Part shown: one piece after another, positions 1 through 9,700 of the stretch
Numbering within the stretch: the stretch's first letter is position 1
How the letters are laid out: the number at the start of each line of letters is the position of its first letter
Notes under the pieces: model-generated
Told to the model about the DNA's origin: nothing
Seen by the model: only the letters and a program-made list of their open reading frames with translations
Database searches by the model: none
Source: an archaeon
GTDB lineage: Archaea; EX4484-52; WAPT01
Length of the DNA stretch: 41,573 bases
Assembly: GCA_029258795.1 (NCBI GenBank)
Contig: JAPDKB010000006.1
Coordinates: 1-41,573 of the forward strand
Reading direction: 5' to 3'
Made by a program: the position numbers and the translations under genes

Positions 1-129
1 GCAGGGATAAAGAGGATAATATACAAGGAAGGCTATCCTGATGAATTCTCAAAGGAAATACTCAAACAGGCGGGTATTGAGGTTCTCAAATACGAGGAGG
101 TTCTGGGGAAGGAATACACGGAACCCTGA
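1..129 (+). CDS. 3' end of a probable deoxycytidylate (dCMP) deaminase / ComEB-like protein (partial)
   Basis: Own translation of frame 1: AGIKRIIYKEGYPDEFSKEILKQAGIEVLKY...TEP*. This matches the typical AGIxxIxY...YPD...LxxAGI C-terminus of this family. The catalytic motifs lie outside the window. Confidence 0.7.
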   Translation, partial: AGIKRIIYKEGYPDEFSKEILKQAGIEVLKYEEVLGKEYTEP

Positions 130-135
130 CTTTGC

Positions 136-163
136 TTGACATACCCCCTCCACCCTTTATAAT
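136..163 (+). promoter_or_regulatory. sigma70-type promoter of the polysaccharide operon
   Basis: TTGACA (136-141), 16-nt spacer, TATAAT (158-163). ATG follows at 173 with no Shine-Dalgarno. Confidence 0.8.
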
Positions 164-172
164 CTCCCTGAA

Positions 173-1264
173 ATGAGAAGATTTTTTGAACTCGTAAAAA
201 AAGAACTCAAGGTCTTCCTGTGGGTGGATGGGGTGCTTTTTGCCCTTGGGCTGGCCCTCTGTTTTCTTGTGCCACATGTATACACAGCCTCCGCAACCTT
301 TACTGTTGAGGCACCAAAGGTATGGCAACTGGAAGCAACACCCTTCCTTTCTATCCCCTCCCTCATTCCACGACCTCCCACGAGTTACCTTGAGGTTTAT
401 GCAGCTGCAACCACTCCATGGGTAATGGACAGGGTGATAGAGCGTGAGAATTTAAAGGAACATTATGGGAAGAAATCCCTGGAGGACACCCGGAAGGAAT
501 ATCTTCTTCGGATGAGCATAAAGGTAAAAGATGATGGGTTTGCTATTCTGGAATACAGAGACAGAAGTCCGGAAAAGGCATGCAGGGTATGTAACCAGAT
601 TCTGAAAACCATGAACGACTTCTATTGCCAGCACAAGTCCTCCCATTATTCCGAATGCGTGGGTTTTTTGAAAAGTGCAAAAGAAAGCCTTAAAAAGGAG
701 ATAAAAATTCTGGAGGATTCATTGGACTTGATATGCACAAAATATAATTTCTTTCCGGATATATCTTCGTTGGAGGAAATAAAAGAAATCTCCAGGGAAT
801 GGAGAGAAAATATAATATGGAAAGAGCTCCGGTATCGTTATTATCTTTACAAAAATCCGAAAAGTCCTGAAACGAAAAGAGCAAAGGAAGAACTGGATTT
901 ACTTTATCGGGGATGGATTGATGTAAATCTCACAGGGATAAGACACATAAGCTGGCTATTCCCTGTCCAGGATACACTCTCTCAACTTTTCCTCCGCCTC
1001 GCAAGATTCTCTCTTTTAGAAACAATGAAAAGAGAGATTTACGCATTTATTGAAATACAACTCAACCGCGCTATCTTTCAGAAAGATAAAACCATCCCCA
1101 TGATACATGTTATAGACCCACCTGTGATACCTGAAAAAAGGTCATTCCCCAAAAGAAAACAGATGATGATGGGGTTTTTCATTATTGCAATGACCTTTAA
1201 TCTCCTCTGGCTTGGAAGAAAAGAAATCCCGGAGTGGTTCCGGCTAAACCAGGAGGAAGGATGA
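173..1264 (+). CDS. Polysaccharide chain-length determinant / co-polymerase (Wzz/GumC-like)
   Basis: N-terminal TM followed by YTASATF, central coiled coil, then C-terminal VIDPPVIPEKRSFPKR proline motif and a second TM. Confidence 0.8.
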   Translation: MRRFFELVKKELKVFLWVDGVLFALGLALCFLVPHVYTASATFTVEAPKVWQLEATPFLSIPSLIPRPPTSYLEVYAAATTPWVMDRVIERENLKEHYGKKSLEDTRKEYLLRMSIKVKDDGFAILEYRDRSPEKACRVCNQILKTMNDFYCQHKSSHYSECVGFLKSAKESLKKEIKILEDSLDLICTKYNFFPDISSLEEIKEISREWRENIIWKELRYRYYLYKNPKSPETKRAKEELDLLYRGWIDVNLTGIRHISWLFPVQDTLSQLFLRLARFSLLETMKREIYAFIEIQLNRAIFQKDKTIPMIHVIDPPVIPEKRSFPKRKQMMMGFFIIAMTFNLLWLGRKEIPEWFRLNQEEG

Positions 1265-2418
1265 GAAAGGAATTCCTTGTATTCGGGAGCCCTCTCATAG
1301 AGGAAGAGGAAATAAAGGAGGTTGTCCATTCTCTCCGCACCGCATGGCTTGGAACAGGACCAAAGGTTGAGCGTTTTGAGGAGATGTTCAGGGAGTACAA
1401 GGGCGTTAAATACGCAATGGCTCTTTACTCCTGCACTGCATGTCTGCATCTTTCGATGCGTGTTCTGGGAATAGAAAAGGGGGATGAGGTAATTGTTCCA
1501 ACCCTAACATTTGCAGCAACTGCAAATGCTGTTGTCAATGCTGGGGGGAAGCCTGTTTTTGTGGATGTTGAAAGGGATACGATGAACATATCTCCTGAGG
1601 AAATAAGGAAACATATAACCCCGAAAACAAGGGCGATAATTCCCGTCCACTTTGCCGGGCGACCGTGCAACATGGATGAGATAATGGAGATAGCAAGGGA
1701 ATACAATCTTTATGTTGTTGAGGACTGTGCACATGCAATAGAAGGTGAATATCACGGAAAAAAAACAGGAACTTTTGGGGATATAGGATGCTTCAGTTTT
1801 TACGCAACCAAGAACATAACCACCGGAGAAGGCGGTATGGCAATAACCAGCAATGAGGAATACGCAAATAAGATAAAGGTTCTTGCAATTCACGGATTGA
1901 GCAAACATGCATGGAGAAGGTTCAAGGACGAAGGATACAGGCACTACTATGTGGTTGAGGCAGGATTTAAATACAACATGATGGACATCCAGGCGGCAAT
2001 AGGAATCCATCAACTTCCCAGGATAGAGAAATACTGGAGAAGAAGAAAGGAAATATGGGAAAGATACAACGAGGCATTCAGGGACCTTCCTGTTATAACC
2101 CCGCTTCCCCCGGAACCGGATACAAAACACTCTTTTCACCTCTACACACTCCTTCTAAAACTTGAGGATATATCCATAAACAGGGACGAATTCTTACAGG
2201 AGATGACCAGAAGAAACATAGGTGTGGGAGTGCATTACATAGCCCTTCACCTTCATCCCTATTATCAGCGTGAGTTTGGATATAAAAAGGGACAGTTTCC
2301 AAATGCGGAGTGGATATCCGAGAGAACGGTCTCAATCCCCCTTTCTCCAAAACTAACGGATGAGGATGTTGAGGATGTGATATGGGCGGTAAGGGATATA
2401 CTGGAGAAAAAGGGATAA
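1261..2418 (+). CDS. DegT/DnrJ/EryC1/StrS family PLP-dependent nucleotide-sugar aminotransferase
   Basis: Motifs EDCAHA, CFSFYATKNITTGEGG (PLP lysine) and GFKYNM. ATG 1261 forms an ATGA overlap with the upstream stop and follows AGGAGG. Confidence 0.95.
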   Translation: MRKEFLVFGSPLIEEEEIKEVVHSLRTAWLGTGPKVERFEEMFREYKGVKYAMALYSCTACLHLSMRVLGIEKGDEVIVPTLTFAATANAVVNAGGKPVFVDVERDTMNISPEEIRKHITPKTRAIIPVHFAGRPCNMDEIMEIAREYNLYVVEDCAHAIEGEYHGKKTGTFGDIGCFSFYATKNITTGEGGMAITSNEEYANKIKVLAIHGLSKHAWRRFKDEGYRHYYVVEAGFKYNMMDIQAAIGIHQLPRIEKYWRRRKEIWERYNEAFRDLPVITPLPPEPDTKHSFHLYTLLLKLEDISINRDEFLQEMTRRNIGVGVHYIALHLHPYYQREFGYKKGQFPNAEWISERTVSIPLSPKLTDEDVEDVIWAVRDILEKKG

Positions 2419-3545
2419 AGTACGCAGCACATCTTGTTTACCGGTATCTTCCCGTGACAGAGAACTGGATTTACTCCATGGTATCCCGGATGAAGAGATA
2501 CCATGGGGTATTTCTTGCAACCCGCACCGAGAACCTGGATAAATTTCCATGGGACCCTGTTGTTGCGGTAAGAGAAAAGTCCCTACCGTATCAGGTGATT
2601 GAAAAACTGCATAAGGAATGGTTTGGATACTTCAGGCTCCATCTTCAGGCAATAGAAAAATACAGGGTTTCTCTCATCCACGCACACTTTGGAACAAGAG
2701 GCTACTATGGACTTCCACTTGCAAGAAAATCCCAACTTCCTTACCTTGTTACCTTCTATGGATATGATGTATCCGCTGTTCCGGGAAAAAGGGGCTGGAG
2801 GGAAAGATACCGGATTCTTTTTGATGAGGCAACTTTATTTTTAACAGAAGGACCGCACCTGAAAAACTGCCTTATTGAACTGGGATGTCCTGAAGAAAAG
2901 GTTGTGGTCCATCATCTCGGGGTTGACCCGGAGAAGATACCCTTTAAGGAAAGAAAACCTGAAAAAACAATAAGAATTCTCATGGCTGGAGGGTTTGTTG
3001 AAAAGAAGGGAATTCATCTTGGAATCCGCGCCTTTGATAAACTGAAGGAAAGGGACACCGAACTCTGGGTGGTGGGATGGTACCGGAAGGATGAACCCAG
3101 GCATGCAAGGGGTGCCTCCCTTATCTTTTCTGCATTTAAGGAGGCAAAAAAGAAAGACAAAATAAAGTTTCTGGGTTATTTATCCTATCAGGAATACATG
3201 CGAGTTCTTGAAAAATGCCACATCCTGCTTGCTCCAAGCCTCACGGCATCGGATGGGGATACCGAAGGGGGTGCTCCTGTGGTTCTTCTTGATGCAATGG
3301 CTTCAGGAATGCCTGTTGTTTCAACCCTTCATGCAGATATACCGGAGGTTGTCGTGGATGGTGAGACCGGATTCCTTGTTCCAGAAAAGGATGTGGATGC
3401 GCTTGTTGAGGCACTTGAAAAAATGATAAACGCTCCCTCCTTATGGAAGAAAATGGGAAAAAAGGGAAGGCAGAGGATAGAAAAGGAGTTCAATGTAAAC
3501 ATTCAGGCAGAAAGGCTTGAAAGGATCTATGATAGATACGCGTAA
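2382..3545 (+). CDS. GT4 family glycosyltransferase (WcaL-like)
   Basis: HAHFG, TFYGYD and PSLTASDGDTEGGAPVVLLDAMASGMPVVSTLHADIPE motifs. Confidence 0.9.
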   Translation: MGGKGYTGEKGIKYAAHLVYRYLPVTENWIYSMVSRMKRYHGVFLATRTENLDKFPWDPVVAVREKSLPYQVIEKLHKEWFGYFRLHLQAIEKYRVSLIHAHFGTRGYYGLPLARKSQLPYLVTFYGYDVSAVPGKRGWRERYRILFDEATLFLTEGPHLKNCLIELGCPEEKVVVHHLGVDPEKIPFKERKPEKTIRILMAGGFVEKKGIHLGIRAFDKLKERDTELWVVGWYRKDEPRHARGASLIFSAFKEAKKKDKIKFLGYLSYQEYMRVLEKCHILLAPSLTASDGDTEGGAPVVLLDAMASGMPVVSTLHADIPEVVVDGETGFLVPEKDVDALVEALEKMINAPSLWKKMGKKGRQRIEKEFNVNIQAERLERIYDRYA

Positions 3546-4533
3546 GCCCCTTCTTGTCCTTGATGTCTATGGAATAGGGGATGTGGTTATGAGCATCCCC
3601 GCACTTTACAGTATAAAAAGAGAAACAAAGGGGAAGGTTGTGGTTGCGGTGAGGGGTGAGACAGAGGGAAAGGTTTTGGGAATGTGCCGGTACCGCTGGG
3701 GAGACGGGATGGTAAAGCTGAGGGAGGGGAGAGTGAGGGCGGCTGGAAGAATAAGAAGAGAAAAAATAAACATGGTGATTTCACTCGGGATAAATCCTGC
3801 AAAAACGGTTGCCTTTTCTTTTGCATCCGGAATATTTCAGATTTACGGGGCGCATCCCTACCGCAGAAAAAAGGGACTCACTACCCTTCCCTACAAGCTT
3901 TTTCTCCCAAATCCCGGCCGTCTGCATAAGGAAGACCTTTACCTTGAACTTTTGAGAAAACTCGGTTTTAATCCCGAAATTCCCGAAAAGCCCTGGATTT
4001 CCCCACCATTTTTTGAAGACCTCCATGAATACCTGAAAAAACTCAAAAAAAAGCATAAAAGATTGATTGCCCTTCATGTTGAATCTGTAAGGAGAGAAAA
4101 GGAATGGCCTCTCCATCATCAGAGAAGATGGATTGAAATGATGAAAAAGGATTTCGGTGTGGTTCTTGTGGGAAAAGGGAAAAAGGATATCGGGAAAATT
4201 CTGGGGGTGGAGGAGGGAGACTTCGTAGATAAACTCACCCTTGAGGAGACATCATTTGTGATAAATGAGGTGGATATACTCATTGGTGGGGATACCGGGC
4301 TCATGCACATAGGTGAGGCTCTCTCAAAGCCAATGGTTGTTCTCTTTGGTCCCACCCATCCTGAGATCACAGCCCCCAGGGGAGAGAGGATAAAAATAAT
4401 AAAAAAAGACCTCCCATGCTCACCCTGCCATTATGGAAGATACACAAACTGCAGAAATCCCGTGTGCATGCAGGAAATAACCCCGGAAGAGGTGAGGGAT
4501 GCCTGCTATGAGATTGCGAATACTTTACATTGA
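3529..4533 (+). CDS. GT9 family glycosyltransferase (ADP-heptose:LPS heptosyltransferase-like)
   Basis: GIGDVV, GGDTGLMHIGEA..VVLFGPT and C-terminal CSPC...C...CMQEITPEEV motifs. Start placed at ATG 3529. Confidence 0.88.
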   Translation: MIDTRKPLLVLDVYGIGDVVMSIPALYSIKRETKGKVVVAVRGETEGKVLGMCRYRWGDGMVKLREGRVRAAGRIRREKINMVISLGINPAKTVAFSFASGIFQIYGAHPYRRKKGLTTLPYKLFLPNPGRLHKEDLYLELLRKLGFNPEIPEKPWISPPFFEDLHEYLKKLKKKHKRLIALHVESVRREKEWPLHHQRRWIEMMKKDFGVVLVGKGKKDIGKILGVEEGDFVDKLTLEETSFVINEVDILIGGDTGLMHIGEALSKPMVVLFGPTHPEITAPRGERIKIIKKDLPCSPCHYGRYTNCRNPVCMQEITPEEVRDACYEIANTLH

Positions 4534-5662
4534 CATAAATCCGGTTGTTTCATCCCCTGAAAGAAGACTGAAACTCATATTTGAGCATTTCAAAAAGCAC
4601 CATTGTGCATTTATGATTGCAAGAAAGGGAGAGGTTTCGTCTTTTTTAAAAAGCACCTTCTCCTTATCCCTTCCTCCCTTTCACTCTCTGAAGTTCAAGA
4701 GAAAAAGAGGAAGACTATGGCTTCCAGAGTTTAAAGCGTTCCTTTCACACGCACAGACATTTTTCAGGATTTACAAAACTGCGAGGAACCTTGATGTGGA
4801 TGTTATACATACAACGGGATTTTACTCTGCGATTCATGCGGCTTTGCTTGGAGGGATAAAAAAGATTCCTGTTGTATGGCATCTGGTTGACTTCTGGCCC
4901 CTGAGGGGAATTCCAAACCGTCTCGTGGTTAGGTTGCTTCTTAAGGATACAAAAAAAATAGCAATATCAGAAAGCATAAAAGGGGCTTTTGAAAGAAGTG
5001 GTTTTGGGAGGGTGGAGGTGGTTTACGGAGGAAATATTGATGGATTCTTCCCGGAGCCCAAGAAGAAAGCAAGGAAGAAATTAAACCTTCCGGATGGATT
5101 TCTTGTTGGATACTCAGGTAAGATATTCCCCGGGGACAAAAAGGGGATAAAAACCCTTCTCCATGCATTCTCCATGCTCCCTGAAAAAAGGAATGCATAT
5201 CTTGTTCTGTGCGGTGAATTTGTGGAGGGATATGAGAAAAACTTCCGGGAAGATGTGAAAGAAGCAGGGATTGATGGAAGGGTTATTCAGTTTTCTCTCC
5301 CACCGGATAAGATGAGATACTTTTTCAGTGCGGTTGATGTTACGGTTCTTGTTTCTGAAAAGGAGGAAGGCCTGGGAATGTCCCTTGTGGAATCCCTTGC
5401 GTGTGAAACTCCTGTTATAGGAAGTAAAGCAGGAGGGATTGAGGAGGTTGTGAAAGACAGAGAGACCGGAATACTTGTTCCACCAAAGGACCATGAGTCT
5501 CTGAAAAATGCATTGCTTTTCATGATGGAAAATCCTGAAAAAAGAAAAAAGATGGGGAAGAAAGGAAGGGAAGATGTTCTTTTGAGGTTTTCTCCTGAAA
5601 GGATGTTAAAAAGGATAGAGGAGATATACCATGAGGTTCTCAGTGAGAGAGGCAGGGCTTGA
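4508..5662 (+). CDS. GT4 family glycosyltransferase
   Basis: EEGLGMSLVESLACETPVIGSKAGGIEEVV (EX7E motif) and TGILVPP. Start placed at ATG 4508. Confidence 0.9.
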   Translation: MRLRILYIDINPVVSSPERRLKLIFEHFKKHHCAFMIARKGEVSSFLKSTFSLSLPPFHSLKFKRKRGRLWLPEFKAFLSHAQTFFRIYKTARNLDVDVIHTTGFYSAIHAALLGGIKKIPVVWHLVDFWPLRGIPNRLVVRLLLKDTKKIAISESIKGAFERSGFGRVEVVYGGNIDGFFPEPKKKARKKLNLPDGFLVGYSGKIFPGDKKGIKTLLHAFSMLPEKRNAYLVLCGEFVEGYEKNFREDVKEAGIDGRVIQFSLPPDKMRYFFSAVDVTVLVSEKEEGLGMSLVESLACETPVIGSKAGGIEEVVKDRETGILVPPKDHESLKNALLFMMENPEKRKKMGKKGREDVLLRFSPERMLKRIEEIYHEVLSERGRA

Positions 5663-6548
5663 GGAATGGAGAGAATTTACTGAAAAATCAGAAAAGGCAA
5701 CTTTTTTCCACACCCCGGAGTGGTTCCAGGTGTGGGGAAGATACATGGGGATAAAATCCTTTCCTGCTCTTTTTGAGTTTGACGACGGGAAGAAGATTCT
5801 TTTGCCTCTCGGAATAAGAAGAAAAAAAACATACAAACTCTTTATTTCCTCTCCAGGAGGAACATATGGAGGATGGATTTCTACCGATGAACTCTCCTCC
5901 GAGCATGTTTTTTCCATATTTGAGTGGCTGAAGAGACACTACTTTATCCTGAGATTGAATCCATACGATGAACTTCAGCACAGGATTCCCGCAGAGCATG
6001 ATATAACCCAGGTTATCCCCCTTGATGAAAGATTTGAGGATATAGAAAGAAAGTGGAGGCAGAGCATAATGAGAAAGGTAAGGAAGGCAGAGAGGGAGGG
6101 TGTTCGGGTGAAAAAAATGGAGGAAGAGAAGGGGTGGAGGGAGTATTACGGGGTTTATCTTTCTTCTCTTGAAAGATGGGGAAAGCACGCAACATCCAGA
6201 TATTCCTGGAAACTTTTTGAGATTCTGAAAGATACGCCGGGAGTGGAACTGTGGTGTGCGGAATATGATGGAAAAATTGTGGCGGGAGCTGTAGTGGTTT
6301 ATGACAGACACAGGGCAATATACTGGCATGGGGCATCCCTTTCAGAATATCTCCATTTGAGGCCCGTGAATTTGCTCATGTTTTCCCTCATTATGGATGC
6401 AAGAAAGAGAGGCAAACTCTACTTTGACTTTAATCCGAGCGGAGGGCATGAAGGGGTTTTGAGGTTCAAACGCAGTTTTTATCCGCACGAACTTCCTTCA
6501 GGGATTATAAGGAGGGAACCATGGTGGAGAAGGTTTTTAAAAGGATAA
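5631..6548 (+). CDS. GNAT-fold FemAB/FemX-like acyl- or aminoacyltransferase
   Basis: TFFHTPEW, RKVRKAEREGV, YWHGAS, RPVNLL, YFDFNPSGG and VLRFKRSF match the FemAB-related GNAT pattern seen in glycan clusters. Confidence 0.8.
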   Translation: MRFSVREAGLEEWREFTEKSEKATFFHTPEWFQVWGRYMGIKSFPALFEFDDGKKILLPLGIRRKKTYKLFISSPGGTYGGWISTDELSSEHVFSIFEWLKRHYFILRLNPYDELQHRIPAEHDITQVIPLDERFEDIERKWRQSIMRKVRKAEREGVRVKKMEEEKGWREYYGVYLSSLERWGKHATSRYSWKLFEILKDTPGVELWCAEYDGKIVAGAVVVYDRHRAIYWHGASLSEYLHLRPVNLLMFSLIMDARKRGKLYFDFNPSGGHEGVLRFKRSFYPHELPSGIIRREPWWRRFLKG

Positions 6549-7441
6549 GAAACTTTCTGAGGCTTGTTGCAGGAGTTCCTGAGGCATACCTGCTCACGAC
6601 TGCAAAGGACCCGGGTTCTCCCCAGTTTTTCATAACGGGTTTGCCAAGGACGGGAACCACCCTTGTCTATCAGTATCTTGTTCACCGACTCCATCTTGCA
6701 TATTTCACAAACGGGGCTGGAATCCCGGTATTTACCCTCTCTCCGGTCTGTGTTACCTGGTTTCAGATACACACCCATCCTCCGTATTATTCTGATTTCA
6801 AAAGCAAATTCGGGAAGGTTCGGGGCTATGTTGCTCCCAGGGAGGCGGGAGGAGTTTGGGCCAGATTTTTTGACCTTGAAAACTATGAAACCATTGATGA
6901 TATGAAATTTCATGAAATTGAGATACTCAAAAGAACGGTATGGAAACTCCAGAACATATTTGGAAACGCACCCTTTGTTAATAAAAATGTCAAGCATATG
7001 TTAAGGATAGAACCTCTTTCCCGCATCTTCCCGCAGGCTTATTTTATTGTGGTTGAGAGGGACCCTGAGGATGTTGCATTGTCCATTCTTTATGCAAGAA
7101 AAAATGCCGGAGGAATTGAGCACTGGTGGTCGGTGAGACCTCCTGATTATGAAAAAATAAAAAATTTATCCCCCCTTGAGCAGATTGCCCATCAGGTTTT
7201 ATCCCTGAGAAAAAAACTCATGGAGGATTTAGAACCAATAAAAGAAAGGATGTTTTTTATTCATTATTGTGAATTCTGTGAGGACCCTGAAAGTGTTGTT
7301 ATGTGGGTATGCAGAAAATCTCACGTAAAGGAAAAACATGGACCGGTCCAGAGGTTTGGATTCAGGAAGAGACAGCCCCGTACCGAGGAGGAAAAAGAAC
7401 TTGTGAAACTGGTCAAAGAACTGGAGGAAAGGTATGGATAA
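6521..7441 (+). CDS. PAPS-dependent sulfotransferase
   Basis: 5'-PSB loop FITGLPRTGTT and 3'-PB motif VVERDPEDVALS. Confidence 0.85.
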   Translation: MVEKVFKRIRNFLRLVAGVPEAYLLTTAKDPGSPQFFITGLPRTGTTLVYQYLVHRLHLAYFTNGAGIPVFTLSPVCVTWFQIHTHPPYYSDFKSKFGKVRGYVAPREAGGVWARFFDLENYETIDDMKFHEIEILKRTVWKLQNIFGNAPFVNKNVKHMLRIEPLSRIFPQAYFIVVERDPEDVALSILYARKNAGGIEHWWSVRPPDYEKIKNLSPLEQIAHQVLSLRKKLMEDLEPIKERMFFIHYCEFCEDPESVVMWVCRKSHVKEKHGPVQRFGFRKRQPRTEEEKELVKLVKELEERYG

Positions 7442-8096
7442 GAGAAAATATTATGCCTTTTATCCCATCTTCTCCCCTGCCTTTGCGGTTATGAGAATAG
7501 CGGGGAAGAAAATAGAGGAGTATGCGAAGCAGTATCTTGGAGGAAGAATGCTGGATGCGGGATGTGGTGATAGAAGGAAAAGTCATCTTGTGGGGAGATA
7601 TGTAAAAGAATATGTGGGAATGGATATAAAAAAGAAAAAGGTGGATGTTGCAGGTACTCTTTACTCTCTGCCTTTTAAGGAGGGGAGTTTCGATTCCGTC
7701 CTCTGCACCTCGGTTCTTGAGCATCTCAATAAGCCAGAAAAGGCACTCAGGGAAATTTACAGGGTGCTGAGGCATGGAGGAAATGCAGTATTCACCGTTC
7801 CTCTTTTCTGGCATCTTCATGAGGAGCCTCACGATTACTACCGGTTTACCCGATACGCCCTTGAGAATATCTTTAAAGACGCAGGATTTGAAATAAATAA
7901 GATAGAGCCCCTTTCCGGTTTCTGGACGACCTTCCTTTGTGAGTTTCTCTACTACCTCAAAGAGACACTTGGAGGAAAAAATCCTGTTTATTGTGTTTTT
8001 GCGTTATTTTTGAATCCCTTAATCATGTTGCTTCATCCTCTGGACCGCTCCTTCAAGTTCACCTGGCTTTATATAGTTTCGGTGAGGAAGCCATGA
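7434..8096 (+). CDS. Class I SAM-dependent methyltransferase
   Basis: LDAGCG, LPFKEGSFDSVLCTSVLEH and HEEPHDYYRFT motifs. Confidence 0.9.
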   Translation: MDKRKYYAFYPIFSPAFAVMRIAGKKIEEYAKQYLGGRMLDAGCGDRRKSHLVGRYVKEYVGMDIKKKKVDVAGTLYSLPFKEGSFDSVLCTSVLEHLNKPEKALREIYRVLRHGGNAVFTVPLFWHLHEEPHDYYRFTRYALENIFKDAGFEINKIEPLSGFWTTFLCEFLYYLKETLGGKNPVYCVFALFLNPLIMLLHPLDRSFKFTWLYIVSVRKP

Positions 8097-9550
8097 AGGA
8101 CATAAAGAAAGAGGCGATAAGAGGAATAAGGTGGAGTGCACTTTCGATGGTGGTGGGGCTTTTTCTGAGAATGGGTGCCCTTGCTGTTCTTGCAAGGGTT
8201 CTTGACCCTGCAGTTTTTGGTGTAATGAGCATGCTCATGGTTGTTGTAAGCATAATAAAGATTTTTGCAGACATGGGAATGAGCGGTGCATTCATACATT
8301 ATCAGGAGGTAACCCATGAAGAACTGTCAACATTTTTCTGGGTGAACATTATTTCTGGTTTTGTCCTCTGGATTATAAGCTTTGCAATCTCTCCCCTGGT
8401 TGCACTTTACTACCACATGGAATCCTTGAGGTTTTACCTTCCTTTGCTTGGAGTAAGTTTTATACTCTATGCTCCGGGGATTGAGTACAGGGTTCTTTTG
8501 CAGAAGGAACTGAGAATGAAGCCCATTTCTCTTATTGAGATTGCGACCGAGAGCGTAACCTATGCAATGATAATAGTGCTTGCTTTAAGAGGGTTTGGTA
8601 TATTCAGTCTCATTGCAGGGGAACTGTTCCGTGCGTTTTTCCTTTCGCTTCTTCTGTTCCTTTACGGAAAAAGGGAATGGATGCCTTCCTTCACCTTCTT
8701 CCTTCCCTCCATGGGAAGGTTTTTCCGGTTTGGTGCCTATCAGATGGGAGAGAGGACAATAAGGCTTGTGAACCAGAACCTTGACTATCTTATAATTGGT
8801 CGTTATCTTGGTGCAACCCCTCTTGGTTACTATTCTCTTGCATACAATATAATGCTTAAACCCATGCAGAGGGTAAATCCGGTAATAACAAGGGTTGCAT
8901 TTCCTGCACTCTCCAAGTTTCAGGACGACGATGCAACGATAAAAAGGTATTTTTTAAAGATGATAAATCTCATTTCATTTTACAGTTTTCCATTATATGC
9001 ATGCCTCATTGCAGTTGCACATCCTCTTGTTTTAACCCTGTACGGTCCGGGATGGGAACCCACCGCAAGGGTTCTTGTCCCTCTCTCCATGCTTGGAATG
9101 CTCTATGCAATAGGTAATCCAATGGGAAGCCTTCTGCTTGCAAAGGGAAGGGCGGATATTGGCTTCTGGCTCAACTTTTATCAAACCTTCGTGCTTATCT
9201 TCGCACTTAGAGTGGGTTCCTTCTGGGGAATAGAAGGGGTTGCATGGACGCTGTTTTTTTCAACTCTTTTTATTTTCGTTCCCGTTGGTTTCTGGGTGAG
9301 GAAAAAAGTTGTGGGGATGGGTGTCTTTGAGTACATAAAGCAAACCCTATCCCCCCTTACCTTCTCTGTAATATCCTGCCTCATCACATGGGGTGTGGGA
9401 AAATTTCTCTTTTTTTCTTCCCACCCCCTGACCCTGATTGTTCTCCTGGTGGTATTTCTTATCTCCTATTTTGTTCAGGTATTTTCGCTGGAAAGGGAAA
9501 GATTTATGGGATACGTAAAACTGTTCCTTGCTTTCAGAGAGACCTTTTAA
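8093..9550 (+). CDS. MOP-superfamily oligosaccharide flippase (WzxC-like)
   Basis: Multi-TM protein with LARVLDPAVFG, LDYLIIGRYLGATPLGYYSLAY and VAFPALSK. ATG 8093 is in an ATGA overlap. Confidence 0.9.
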   Translation: MKDIKKEAIRGIRWSALSMVVGLFLRMGALAVLARVLDPAVFGVMSMLMVVVSIIKIFADMGMSGAFIHYQEVTHEELSTFFWVNIISGFVLWIISFAISPLVALYYHMESLRFYLPLLGVSFILYAPGIEYRVLLQKELRMKPISLIEIATESVTYAMIIVLALRGFGIFSLIAGELFRAFFLSLLLFLYGKREWMPSFTFFLPSMGRFFRFGAYQMGERTIRLVNQNLDYLIIGRYLGATPLGYYSLAYNIMLKPMQRVNPVITRVAFPALSKFQDDDATIKRYFLKMINLISFYSFPLYACLIAVAHPLVLTLYGPGWEPTARVLVPLSMLGMLYAIGNPMGSLLLAKGRADIGFWLNFYQTFVLIFALRVGSFWGIEGVAWTLFFSTLFIFVPVGFWVRKKVVGMGVFEYIKQTLSPLTFSVISCLITWGVGKFLFFSSHPLTLIVLLVVFLISYFVQVFSLERERFMGYVKLFLAFRETF

Positions 9551-9648
9551 ACTGGAAGAATTGACATGAATAGAGTTAATATGCACATCCGCATCCGGGA
9601 AGGGATATCCACAGAAGACACAAAATTTTCATGGCTCCCATCTTGTGC

Positions 9649-9677
9649 TTGACATTTTGTTTTCATTCCTTTAAAAT
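9649..9677 (+). promoter_or_regulatory. sigma70-type promoter of the lyase-hydratase operon
   Basis: TTGACA, 17-nt spacer, TAAAAT. A GGAGG SD precedes ATG 9701. Confidence 0.75.
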
Positions 9678-9700
9678 TTCTCAAAAAAAGGAGGAAAGGG

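Noticed and set aside
2403-2418. Non-canonical ATA start for the first GT4 (GGAG followed by ATA 2415, overlapping the upstream TAA)
   Set aside because: ATG 2382 is in frame with its own GAGG, so the unusual start is unnecessary. It cannot be resolved without proteomics.
9551-9648. Second TTGACA (9561), a DnaA-box-like ATATCCACA and possible small RNA
   Set aside because: No -10 at proper spacing, only a single mismatched box, and no convincing fold or known RNA motif.
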